Virus record (IMG/VR): IMGVR_UViG_3300013744_000001
Coordinates: 1 to 64,000 of that record
From: a virus
Length of the DNA: 64,000 bases
Strand: one strand, 5' to 3'
The notes under the pieces: generated by a model
What the model saw: only the letters and a program-made list of their open reading frames with translations
Databases searched by the model: none
Told to the model about the DNA's origin: nothing
Program-made: the position numbers and the translations under genes
Part shown: positions 37,644-49,900 of the stretch, piece after piece
Position numbering within the stretch: position 1 is the first letter of the stretch
Layout: every line of letters begins with the position of its first letter

Positions 37644-37803
37644 TTGATTTTTCGTCATTATCGAGAGTGCTTAACGCATCACTCAAGTTAACAATTTCCA
37701 GAATATCGCAGATGTCCTTGGCTACGAACCAGGGTTCTCCGTCTCTGACCACAGTGCGAATCTCGTGCTGGTTCTGAAAACTGAATACTGTTACTTCATT
37801 CAT
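37531..37803 (-). pseudogene. truncated Bro-N paralog
   Basis: The first 55 aa (MNEVTVFSFQNQHEIRTVVRDGEPWFVAKDICDILEIVNLSDALSTLDNDEKS) match the other Bro-N proteins. After that the frame runs into the palindromic repeat element and loses homology. Confidence 0.5.
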
Positions 37804-37853
37804 GTTTTGCTCCTTTGGGCAAAGATTGAAAAAATGCGCCTCTCGGCACTTCA

Positions 37854-37880
37854 GATGGGGTGGTATTTTGCCACCCCATC
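37854..37880 (-). terminator. terminator of the giant gene
   Basis: gatggggtgg - loop - ccaccccatc hairpin, followed on the minus strand by a ttttttc run and then the RBS of the next gene. Confidence 0.6.
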
Positions 37881-37915
37881 CTCACTGTACCACGTACACT
37901 GTTTATAGTCATCTG

Positions 37916-40900
37916 CTATTCGACGCTGATTCGCAACGACTGTCGCATAAGTTTGATTGCCCGATCCGTGTTGGCAATGGCGATGTCAATGGAATCCTTG
38001 TCCATGCGACTGGTGGGTACAGATTTGAGCAGATTGCGTTTCTTCTCCTCTAAAGAATTCAGCAACATAATGTCGAAGATGTTCTGCCCCTTGAGGAAAG
38101 CCATGGCGTTATCTTTGCTCACAAGCGTTGCCGCGTTCTTGCGACTGGTGGTCAGGTACTTATGAATCTCCTTCTCACTCAGACCGAAATCACGAATACC
38201 TTTGAGGAGGTAAACAGCCTTGTTCAGATCTTCGCGATTCTTCTCCCGAAGTTTTGCAATCCGCTCTGCAATATCCCGTGCCGGCAAAGGTTGACCCTTG
38301 GACAGATCATCGACAAAAGCCCGCTTCTTGACGTTTTTGCTCAAGCTCCCCTGCTCTCTGATAAAGTAACCCAGATGATTGGTCACATCTCTGACGTCAT
38401 ACTTGTTGACTGTAATGCCAGCGAGCTGGGGAACCTTTATCGCCCGACCCTTGCGAAAGTCAGTGTCTGTAGACGGAAGCCCCACAGTCGCCTGAAGTAT
38501 CTGGGTCATTACACCAGGCACCATCATACGTTTGCCAATAGCCGTGGCAGCCTCAGCAGGAGAAATCTCCCTGCCGAACTTGTCCTTGCCCATCAGATTA
38601 TTGACCAACTCCTGTGTCATTGTACCCTGAGACAGATCCATGAAGTTCTTCATGGCCTCGATGATGCGCTGCTCAAATGTCGGATCCTCGGTCGCAGCCA
38701 TAATGGGCGCATGGGTCAGCATGACGTTGTTACGGGCATAGTTGTAACCAAAGAACGAATACGGATCGTCGTGGTCACGCATGACAGGAAGGAACAGATT
38801 ATTTCCTCCGTTCAACCAGTTCGTTATCCTCGTCGCACCGTGATACTCCGACGGATAGAAGAAGGAACGAGCACGTCGTTTTTTCCGTTCATCATCGTCG
38901 TCATCCAGCTTAATAGCACCGAGCATGGTACCTAGTGCATAGGGCAGATAGGCGATGACACCCTTGGCTGCACCGAAGAGACCGTAGTACGTAGCCGTTG
39001 TCAAACCAACACCGATGCCTCTCTGTACAGCCTCCTTCGTCAAAGCGTCTTTGTACTCCTTCATTGCAGGTTCGTTTACATCGTCTCTGGCAGAGACCTT
39101 GCCCAGCTCCTCCATGACGTCGAAGAAGCGGGTATAGATCGCAGCGGTGATTCTGGCCATCTGGAAGTTATGCATCAGGAAGTCCGGCGTAATCATGCGG
39201 ATGGAATTCATCGACATGTGCCTGATGAGCTTGGGCGTATATTCCCATGACGTCGTTTCCTGTAGCGTCATCTCCGCAGCATCCTTGCCCGCCAGTCGTT
39301 CGTACTGCTCTTCTCTCAAACCAGGCGTGAGTGCCTTATGCTTGGCTAGCATGTTGTTGTAGTTGTTCATGAAGACCCAAGGCTTCAGCCACTCGTCACC
39401 GAATGCGTAGAACTGACGCATCTTGTCCAGAGCATTCTTGACGATGTTCTCCAAACCATTCTGACTCATGTTGGAAACGACATTCAGGTCACGCAAGTAG
39501 GAAAAAATTGCGTGTATCGCCTTCTCGTGCCAGCCCTTGTTCCTGATCTGCATCATAGTGTCGGATGTCGTAGCGCCCCAGATATGGTACTTGTACATCA
39601 TTTGCAGGAACTTGTTCTCAGCTTCGCTCAGGTTTTTGCTGTTTAGAAGCATTTTGTCTGCAAACTGTTTCCACGATACATGACCGGCTTTCTTCATCAT
39701 GCCGATGCGGAAGAGATGGCCTGACGACATGAGAATACCCAGACTGCCGATGTGGTTGCTGACTGCCAGGCGCAGACTGTAAATGGTACTGTTGGCCTTC
39801 ATCGAGTCGATGGCACCGGACCAGGCAGCTTCGCGCACATTCCTGTTGACTTCGTACTCGTTGTCAAGCGCGTGCTGGAAAATGGGATCGACGGCCACAT
39901 ACTTCAAAATGGAACCGTCTTCGGCCCACGAAAGGCTGTCGCTGTAACTGCGGTCATGCTCGATAGATTGTCGCAGTACGCCCATGCCAGTGTCCAGAAT
40001 ATGTTCCGCCATCTCCTGGTTGAACGTTAGCTTTTGTAAAATCTTCTCCTGCTGATCAACAGAGTAGAGCAGTGACTCGAAGAAGTTGGTGTTGGGATCG
40101 AGGAAGGTACGATAGAAGTTATCTTCCTCAGTATCTTCGAGTGTTCTGCCCCGAACAGCGGAGATGCGGTTCAGATGATCCTCGCCGTAACCGTTGTTAT
40201 TGTTACTCCTCGACGCTTCCATGATGAGCTGTTTGATTTCGGCACGCATGTTTCGAAGCAGCATCGTACGCCAGTCACTGCCGGCACGAATTTTGACTGC
40301 ATTTGAGGTGCGCAGCTCGAAGTAATGCTTCAGAGCATCCAGCCGTTCTTTGTCTTTCAGCACCGTCCTTGCGTCCCTGGTACTGCTGAGGAACTGCTTG
40401 TAGGTAATCAGACCCGCCTGTTCCTGCTGTGTCGCCGCTTCGATGATACGTTCCGCATCTCTGGCCCGCTCGTTCACTGTCATCTCGCCAGCACCGGTGT
40501 CCGTCTCCAGATAGGAGAGCAAACGCTGCAAATCACGTACACCTGTCTCACCGTTGAAAACATTGTACATGCGATGATCCCAGTCGGCGTGGAACCGGGA
40601 CTCGAATTGCGCCATGCTCTTACGCATCCTGCCAATTGTTCGCTCATCGATCTTGGCAATGCGCATGCGCTTCTCCAGCTCCAGAGCCTGACCACGAATC
40701 GCACGCCTGATGTCCAGTGCATTGCGATACTTCATGGACGAAAGCTCAAGTGCTGTCGCATCGGCGAGTCTGGCCTTCTGCATCATAGCAGAATCGGGAG
40801 CAAAGCCTAGCCGGGTAAAAACCTGAGCAAAGGTCTCATTACCTCTGCCGCCAATGAGATTGGGATCGAAGTGTGCATCAAGCAGAGCAGACTTCAGATC

Positions 40901-43900
40901 CAGAAGATCGAGGAAACGTTTCCTCTGCTTGCTGGCCACAGTCTCCGAAACTTTGTTCCAGAAATTGCCGATCAGTCTGGAAGCATAGGCTGTGCCTACC
41001 GACTCGCCAAGCACCGCATGCTCAACGTTCAGGCTGGGGAAGAAACCCCAACCTTTCAGTCGATTGTGCATGGGGAAGTTGTTGAGAATGAATTCAGCTA
41101 TAACATCGCCCTTCGAAAAAAACCTCCCCCACTTGCGAATAACCTCTCTGGTCTCGGCAACCTGCAAGGCTTCTCTAGTCTGCGGCACAGTCCTTCTGGT
41201 CTGACCGTAGTCGTTGGTTATGATCTGAATCTTCGAAAGCGGTGCTCTGGCACCCGTGGGTGACTGAAGTGTATTCTGAATCAGCCTTGCGCCTCGGCCA
41301 ACGACCGTACCCATTGTCAGAGCAATCAGATCTTTGGCAAACTTGTCTATCGCAGTGCGATCACCTATATTGACAAGCAGGCTGTTACCGATCTTTCGCT
41401 CGATCTCTGCCATTACGCCCCAGAGTCTCTCGCGCATCGCTCTATACTCTTCGTCGCTGATGTGAAAAGCATTGGCGATCTGCGGACTGTCGTCCATAAG
41501 CGACGCATTGACATGAGCGAAGAATTCGTTGACCAGATACACCTTCCACTTGTCCGGTACAAGGTATGGGTCAGATATACCCAGCATCTCAAAGTATTGC
41601 GGCAACTCGGCATAGATGGTTTCCGTATAGGCGTTGTAAATCCGCACAATTTCTGCATCCAGCGCCTTGCTGCCCCACATGGTCCAGCCGTAGTGAGAGC
41701 ACTCGTGCATGACAGTTGCCAGCACCTGCGGAATGCTTCTGTCCCAGGCTCTGATGTGGATGGATTTGTCAGTTGCTCTGTAGGGGAAGAACAGACCGAA
41801 AGCGTTTCGCAGTATGGCTTTAGCCGTCCGGGTCTCTTCCCAATGAATCTCGATCTGCTCATACAGTTCGGGTGGGAGAATCCTTTGAAGGAATGCCTCC
41901 AGTTCCTCGGGCGTTGTAAGTCCCGGAATCTTTCGCACAGTACCGTCTTCATTTGTGCTGAAGAGCGTACCATCGTCGTAGTTCGTCGTCAGCTCGCTCA
42001 GACTGTCCAGAGCAGCTCTGAAATTCTCGTCCTTGCCATTGACATCTTCGAACACATACTCAGTATTGCCGCTTTCGGTACGCACAGATGCTGTACCATC
42101 TGCATTGTACTCAGGAACAACACTGTCATTCTCCTCGATGCCGGCCTGAATCGCTTCGTCCAAAATTTCATTCCGGGTAAGCTCGGATGCCGGAGGAGGA
42201 ACAGGATGAGCAACATCGATCTCGCTGACATTGTTCTCCAGAGCACCGATGGCATTGGCAGCGCTCAACAGCTCAGCATCGGTGAGGGAGAGTGACGAAG
42301 GAGCTACGTGCAGAGCAAGCCCTGCGGCATCGTAAAGAGCATCGCGCACTTCGTTGAAGTGCGGATTCTCTTCACCTTCGAAAATAACTTCCCGCATCAT
42401 GGAGGCGAAGATACCTTTGCGATCAAAGGACTCTCCGTTCTGAGATTCTCTGACCAACATGCCGACAGTCGAGTCCAGAAGATCCTTGTCCGCTTCCAGG
42501 CTGGTCTGAAGTGCCCGCAGCAGATCGGTATCTCTGGCGTTGTCCGTCATCAGCACAGCACCATAGACCAGACTCTCCCGCTCATGGCCGGGCACAGTTT
42601 CGTCATACCGCATCGCAAAGCCACCGCCCTTGCGATTGTAGACACCAGGTGCACCCTGTATCTGCTGCCCTTCGACAGTCTCGTCAGACGAACGTCCGGT
42701 ATCCTGAATAGAAAAGAGTGGGAAGCCTTTGCTCTGAATACTGTTCCTTATCTCGTCGGTCAGCATCAGAGCCTGTCTAACGCCGATGTCCTGAATATCG
42801 ACGTTCTCCAATTTCGCGTCAGGCGAATGATCGGAAAGAATATTCTGCATGGCTTTGGGTAGAGTCTTCTGATACACCTCCAGTCTGCGCTTGCCCATGG
42901 TGTGCCAACGGTTGCTCTGATCTTCGGCACTGGTCCACGAAATACCGTCGATGTCACCCTGCTCCACAGCATGTGCGATAACCTGCTTTGCAACCATGGT
43001 AACCCATGCCTTCTGATATTTGACATAAGGCGCTTCGGGTCGCAGCTTACCAAAGAGCAAGTCGTTAGCCCAGTCACTCTGCACCTCTTCGACAAAGAGA
43101 ATGCGTTTGCCGTCGGTCGTCTCTCTAGTATCGAATCGGGTATGTGCAACGAGATCTTTGCCCTCTCTGGGAAAATGTCCCTGGTTAAACTCATCAGCTA
43201 CGAGCTGCTCGTTCATGTCTTGCTCGACGACAAAATCAGAAGCACGTTTTAACGCCTCTTCGAGTGTGTCAGTAGTATATGTAACAGTTGTACCATCGGA
43301 AACGTTGGATATGTCATAAAAATCATCGTCACTAAAAACTTCTATGGTAAGCGCATACTTGTTGTCCTTCTCCACATAATCTATATGCATATCTCGTCCC
43401 AGCATAGCATCTTCGGACAAAGTATAACGCAGCCCCCCATTAACAACCTCTTTGCGCCAATGACGAGGATCAATCACAAACTCGTGCAAATACTCAAGTG
43501 TCGGCGTTTTCTTGTTCTGATAGAACAGAAGCTCCGCATAATCGGTTTTTCTTCCTTCCATTACGGAACCGGAGTAATGCGTAGGTAGATAAGAGCTCGT
43601 ATCAGATGTAAGATATGCCAGTTCAGGATTGTTGTATATGTTTTGATTAAACCAATCGTTGAAATATGTTATAGCATCCTTGTAATTTTTGAACTGCTTT
43701 GCCCATTGCTTCCGAGCATTTCCGACAGCCTGCTGATTTGCCACAGGTTTGAACGTAGCATCAAGTATATTTTCGAGGCGAGTCTGCACATCATTGTTAT
43801 TCAGCAACGTCGTAATATCATCGTTATTTATGGCAAGTATAACACGTCTGATCCCAGTGCCTGCAGAATGAACACTCAATCTGCTCAACAAAGCATATGC

Positions 43901-46900
43901 AATCGGCTGATCAGCGAACAAATCACTGCTGACAGCAGCAAAAACATAATCTGACGACTCATGTTTTCTGATCCGAAGATCCCAGTCAGTGTTGTCAAGC
44001 GGCACACTTTGTCTGGCGTATCTGCCAAGCTTGCTGCGCGGACCGCCAAGCATTACATTTTTGAATTCAACATTGTTGCCGACCAGAAAATCATAGAGCT
44101 CTGCTGGCTCCACTATGTCGTTCGGGTCTTTGATTTCCAGCCACTCACGAACACCTGTCCAATACACCTCCTGATTGAACGGTGAACTCTCGCCTCTGTT
44201 CTTGCTTTCATTGCCCCACTGTACCAGTCTGGACAACCATTTGGCAGCAGGAAGATTGCGAGATTGTTCTCCTACCAACTCGGCCAGAGACGAATACCAA
44301 GGTACAGGTGATACCTGTTCACCGATATCATCTTCCGTAATTTCGCGTTCAACAAAATCTGCACGTGCCTTCAACTGCTGAATGTACAAATCAATATCAG
44401 CCTGAGGCGTGTTGTTCTCGGCCAAAATATAAACGTGCTTGTGTTGTCTGGAAAGACCGGAACTGTACTGCTGCCCGATGTACGATACGTTGAAACCAAA
44501 CAAACCTGGGTTGTTCATTTCGTTCAGATCAATCTCTTCGTCATATGCAAGCGCAGTTACAAACGGTACTCCGTTTTCCGTCATCTCGTGCATAAACACA
44601 TACTCTGACATGTGTTCTCTGTCGACAGAGAGATAGTCGATAACAAACGTATCGTTGATAAATCGACCAAGCGCAAAATCAGCAGAAGTGGTGCCCGGCA
44701 ACATCGCCTGTTGTCTGCGCATGATTATGTTCTGCAGCGCATCTATGCTTGACACTCTGTCGTTGAGCGAAGCATATATAAACCCGTAGCGCCTAAGTCT
44801 GTCAAACCGAGTATTGAAGTTCGATATAGTTTCAGGGCTATAAAACACTACACCCTTGTCTCGCAGCTTCTTCGGTATTGCACTTTCCTTGGGTACAATG
44901 TGCTTAGCATTCGGTCCAAGATGAACAATACCGCTGTCCATCTCCTCGTACTGAACAGGCTTGTTCGATATGGCCATCGAGAACTTCGGCGTCGCCTCGT
45001 CAAAAACCTTGAACTCTCCCTTGCTGTTCTTCACCACAAGATTACCGTCCTCGGCCTGCTGTACCGCAGGAGGAGAAAGAGACGAATCCGTCTGCCAATC
45101 TCCATACCACGCCTTGAAGGAAGGTGTTTGAACGAAGTCCACCATGAGATCGCTTCGAGAACGAAGTTCCTGATGAGCACTGAACAACTGAACAAAGCCC
45201 CGAAGCTCTTTTTCGAGGATGTGCTGGTCCTCCCGTGCAATATCTTCGGTCTGATACGCGGCAGATTCTCTACGCTCAGTTGCAGTCATATCGAGGCGGG
45301 TCTCTACATTGCGAGCCTCCGTCTCTCCGGCAATGGACTTGTACCATTTGATCGCAGCCAATTCCTGTTCATACTCTTCCTTCCACGAACGAACGACACC
45401 CCATTGAGCGTCGAACTTCGTCTTGTCCATGCCTCTGAACGCGGGTACATTCCGCCTGACATAGTCGTAGAAATGATCCCAGCCTACATTGTACAACTTT
45501 CTATAAATATCTCGCTCATATCGCTTTTCATTATAGTACGGAGTTTTTACAGCGAAGAGACGATTGATCAGTTTAACAAGTCGATTGATACTTGAGGCTT
45601 TGTACTTGTCAATCCGTACCTTTCGGGACAAATCTCCATTGGCTTTGACAGAAATCCCATGTGTTTTGAGATAGCCTGTCAGAAGAGATTTGTCCGTCAT
45701 CAGTTTCAACCATGGGCCAGGAGCATTCTCTCTGGCTTTCTCCCTGTTTACATTTACAGGTGCTTCCTCAACACTGCCCCCATTTGCAAAGCCTTCAATG
45801 TCCTGCACAGCATGCTGAATCTCATGCATCAATACCTGCTTTGCTTTCTCGGGCTTCTTCAGTAAATCATCGCGCAAATGAATACCGCGTTTTGGGCCAA
45901 AATATGTGCCTGCAACTCTGCTGTCGTCGTCAGCGCGATATGCAAAACGCATCTGCTGAAGCTCTGGGTACGCTGCGAACAATTCAGGTGCGTCGATTAT
46001 TTTGCGCAAAGCCACAGGTACAACTTGCGCAAGTGCATGTATTGCTTCGTTTGTACGAACTGTAATACCAGAGTCGTCAAGCTCATAGCGCCACTTCCCG
46101 TCTTTGCCTCGCTCCCAACCTGTCGCCAGCTTGATGAGACTCACGCTCTTGTTGGCAGCTTCCATCTCTCTTGCTACAACCAGATTGTCAAGCCGCGTCG
46201 TTGCCGCTTCAGCGTTGTCCAAAGCAGCAGCACCACGTTCTCCGGCAAAGGAGAACTGTACATCTGATTCTTCAGAGGCTGTACGCTCATGAATTTTGTC
46301 CAACTCTTTACGCAACTCATCGATTGGCACACCCAGATTACGAGCCAAACCGTAAATCTGAGCATTCCTCGATATTGTCTGACTGACATTGCGATCAAAG
46401 TCGCCGCGCCTGGCTGTACGCACAGCACCTCTGGCGAAGTTGACAATGTCCTGGTTAGTCAAACTGTCCGTATCGATGACACTCAGCTTGTACAAGTACG
46501 TCTTTATCCAGCTTACAATGCGACTAACGATACTCGTCGGGTTGCCGGCATTGGCCTCGACCAAATACGCTCCAACCTCTTCCCAGAAATGACGATCGTT
46601 CGAATTAAGTCTGTTGCCTTCCTGCACCCGCCTGATGGCTTCCCGAATCTGACGACCTTCTTCACTGTCATCATTCTGCCTATTCTTCAACTCATCCAGA
46701 ATGCCTGTGAACTCCTCATCGCTGAAGCCAAAACGTCTGACATGCGCGCCAAGCTCGTGCATAAGCACAGCACCGGCGTCGCCTACCCTGATACCGTCAC
46801 CCACAAGAACAACCTGCCCAGTTTCCGGAATAACAAAGCCCTGAATCAAACCTTCTCTGGAGTAGAACGGAGCTGTACCGTAGGCGGCAGCAATCAGTTC

Positions 46901-49900
46901 CTCGGCCTCTTCCTGTGTATCCACAAGTATCAGCGTCTCCGAACCCAGAAGATTGGCCAGACGACTGTCGCTCATCAGCCGTGTACGTAGCAACTCTCTC
47001 AGAAGCGAGATACCTTTGGTACCTGCGCGACGAACTCTAGCAGCTCTGGTGTTTCGTGAAAACAGAGGCCCTGCCAGCACACTCACACGTGCGTTCATGG
47101 CAACAAGTGCGTCGACATCTTTTACGTCTGGAAGCGGCTTGGTCACTGGAAAACTGCGATTGAACAGATCCTCGACCTTGCGCACCAGGTTCTGCATATC
47201 TTCCAGTGTCGAATTTCTGTCGTTCATGACCTCAGCAACTTCCTGACCCAGCTCACTGTTACTATCGAGGCGAGAACCAAGGACACCAGCGTAGATGCGC
47301 ACGGCGTTGCGATAGAAATTGCGCTCCATCCTGTCGGCGATCTCTTCCAGCGCAGCAGCTTTCTCCTCGGGCGTTGACAGTTGATTCGCTGCTTCGACCT
47401 TTTTAGCCACACCAGAGAGTGCACTCATAGCACCCTTGCTGAGCCTCATCTGCTCCCGAATGGCTGCTTCCAAATTTTGAATACGCTCGGTCTGCGTTTT
47501 TACAGCAAGTTCCGGTTGACCGGAAGTCACAGCATCTTCTGTACTGACAGACGTTGTCGCCTGGTCGTTGCTATGACCCATCGGATGCAGAAGCGACTCA
47601 TTAACAGAAGAGAAGAAGCCTTTTTTCGACGGCGTCCATGTCCAGCCCTGCGGCTCACCGAGCGGACTGAGGAGATGAACATACTCTTTGACCTTGGCCA
47701 GAATATCGGCAAAGGGCGTATCCTCGCCGAACATCACAAGACTGTTGTCATTGTTGAACTGACTGAGAATGGCGTGAACGCTGACCAACTCGCCTGTCGC
47801 AGCTTCGGAGTTACGGCCTATATCCTCAAGCTTTGTATCATTGCTGAAAAGCTTTGCCTTGCTGATATCCTTTGTCCAGTAAATACCCGTATTACCAGAC
47901 TTGGCAGAAACATACTCCGTTTCCCCGTCAGTGTTTACACGAGCAACAACGCGAGCGTCGATCCAGTTGGTACCAAAGACACTGCGCAAATCATCGAGAC
48001 TGGTTGCGTTGAACAAACGTTCGAGTCTTGCAGGGAACGAATCTTCTTCCGCAGACCATTCAATGACGCGGTGCAGAGGTCGCTTGTCGCCGGTTGTCTT
48101 GCCACTCGTACGCCAGACAGCGTAAATCTTTCGTTTCGCACTATCCTTCTGATTGCGAGGATAGACGAAAATGATTTCATCAGATACACCGGATTCAACA
48201 GGGAGAGAAATAGTCTCATATCCCTGGCGGCTCTTGCCCTGTAAAACACCGACGACATACTCGATACCTTGTCTGGCGTCGATCTCGTCGGTCATCTCAT
48301 CCATGAATCTGGTGAGATTACCCTTGGTCAGAAGACGACCACGCTGGTTGCGAAGAATCACCTTGCCGCTATCGGTGACATAGAGACTTAGTAATGCGCC
48401 ATTGTCTGTCACAAGAGAACGATAGTTGACATCGTTTCGACCCTCGTCATCAATGATTCTACTGAGACGAAGTCTGCGAATATCGTCATCGTTAAACTGC
48501 CACCAGGCTTTAGAGCCCTTCATCTGTCGCTGTACACGAATGCCTTCGGCAGGTGGACCAATGTAGATGCTCTTCGCAACCACCGTGCCCTGTCCTTCCT
48601 GATTGTTGGCATCGGGCTTGGCGTAAGCTGTGCGGATTTCCTGTCTCGCAACACGGTCATCCAGCTTTATCTGTGCACCTGTCTCCACATCATAGCCGTC
48701 AACCGTGGCATAGAGAGCACTGCTGTTGTTACTCTCGTGAAGCCTTGCATGATAAAGAATACCGTCTTTATAGGCATAGATGTCCCGACTTCCGATACCT
48801 CTGGACTTTCTTGTTTTGGCAGAAACCTGCTCAGGCGAGATGACAAAGTAACCCTGTTCTCTGAGCGTCTGCTCGATGTTTCTGGTGTCCTGAAGTTCTT
48901 CTCGCTTTGTGACGTTGCCGTCGTCATCCGTCTCTTCGACCTCCACCAACTCAAGGAAAGAAGCTCTGGTGCCTGATGCTCCCTGTCTGGGCACATCGGT
49001 CACGACGGGAATGGATACTGCCCCCGCAGGCGCAGTGTCTGTTACAAGCTCGGGAGGCGCAGTACCCTTGTATGTGTACAGCTCACGTTCCAGATAAGAC
49101 AGCAGACCCTCATCACTCTGATCCTCGATCTTGCTGGCATCGATGGTCGTGCTCTTGTGAAACACAACCGCATTGTCGTTTGCATTATGCAGAGCAACGA
49201 TTCTCTCGATCAGTCTGCCCGAACGATCACCGCGCACCGTAAGCGTCTGACCGGACGAGAATTTGACAGAAGCTTCGTCATTCTCGTTACGATGCTCTAT
49301 CTGCTTTGCGTCGATTGTCTTCTTGGTTTGAGGATCGTTGATTGTAGCCAGAAGGCGTAAATATGCCTCGCGATCCGAAGAACCTTCGGCAATGTACTTG
49401 CCGATAGACACAACACTGTCCTCCTGACCGGTAGCAGCATTTGTCAAACTGTCCCACTCGTACATGCCGTCCTTGCGTTTGGCATGAGGAAGTGTTGTCA
49501 CCTCTTTGTCAGACACACCTGCGATAACATCCGTACCATCATCAGTGGGACTGAGATCGTCCCGATTGACACCTTTGATGTCTGTACGCTTGGGAAAACC
49601 GGCAGCAGGTCCAACGTCCAGCGGTCCTTCGTCGTCTCCTCTGATGATGCGATCGTTGAACTCTTTTTCTTCAGCACGCGATGTCAGTTTGTCCCCTGCC
49701 TCGGAAACTGTATGAATGCCTGCACCGGACGCTGCACCGACGAGGAAGGTATCGATACTCCTGTCAACAACGTCCATCGCACCATAGGTCGCACCCTTCA
49801 GGGCAGCAGAACCCATGGCAACATGTTCCTGCGCCGTTTCGGTTACACCTTCAAAGAGAGCGGCTCTGCCGGTGCGTTGCAGAATATTCCGATCTGCTTC

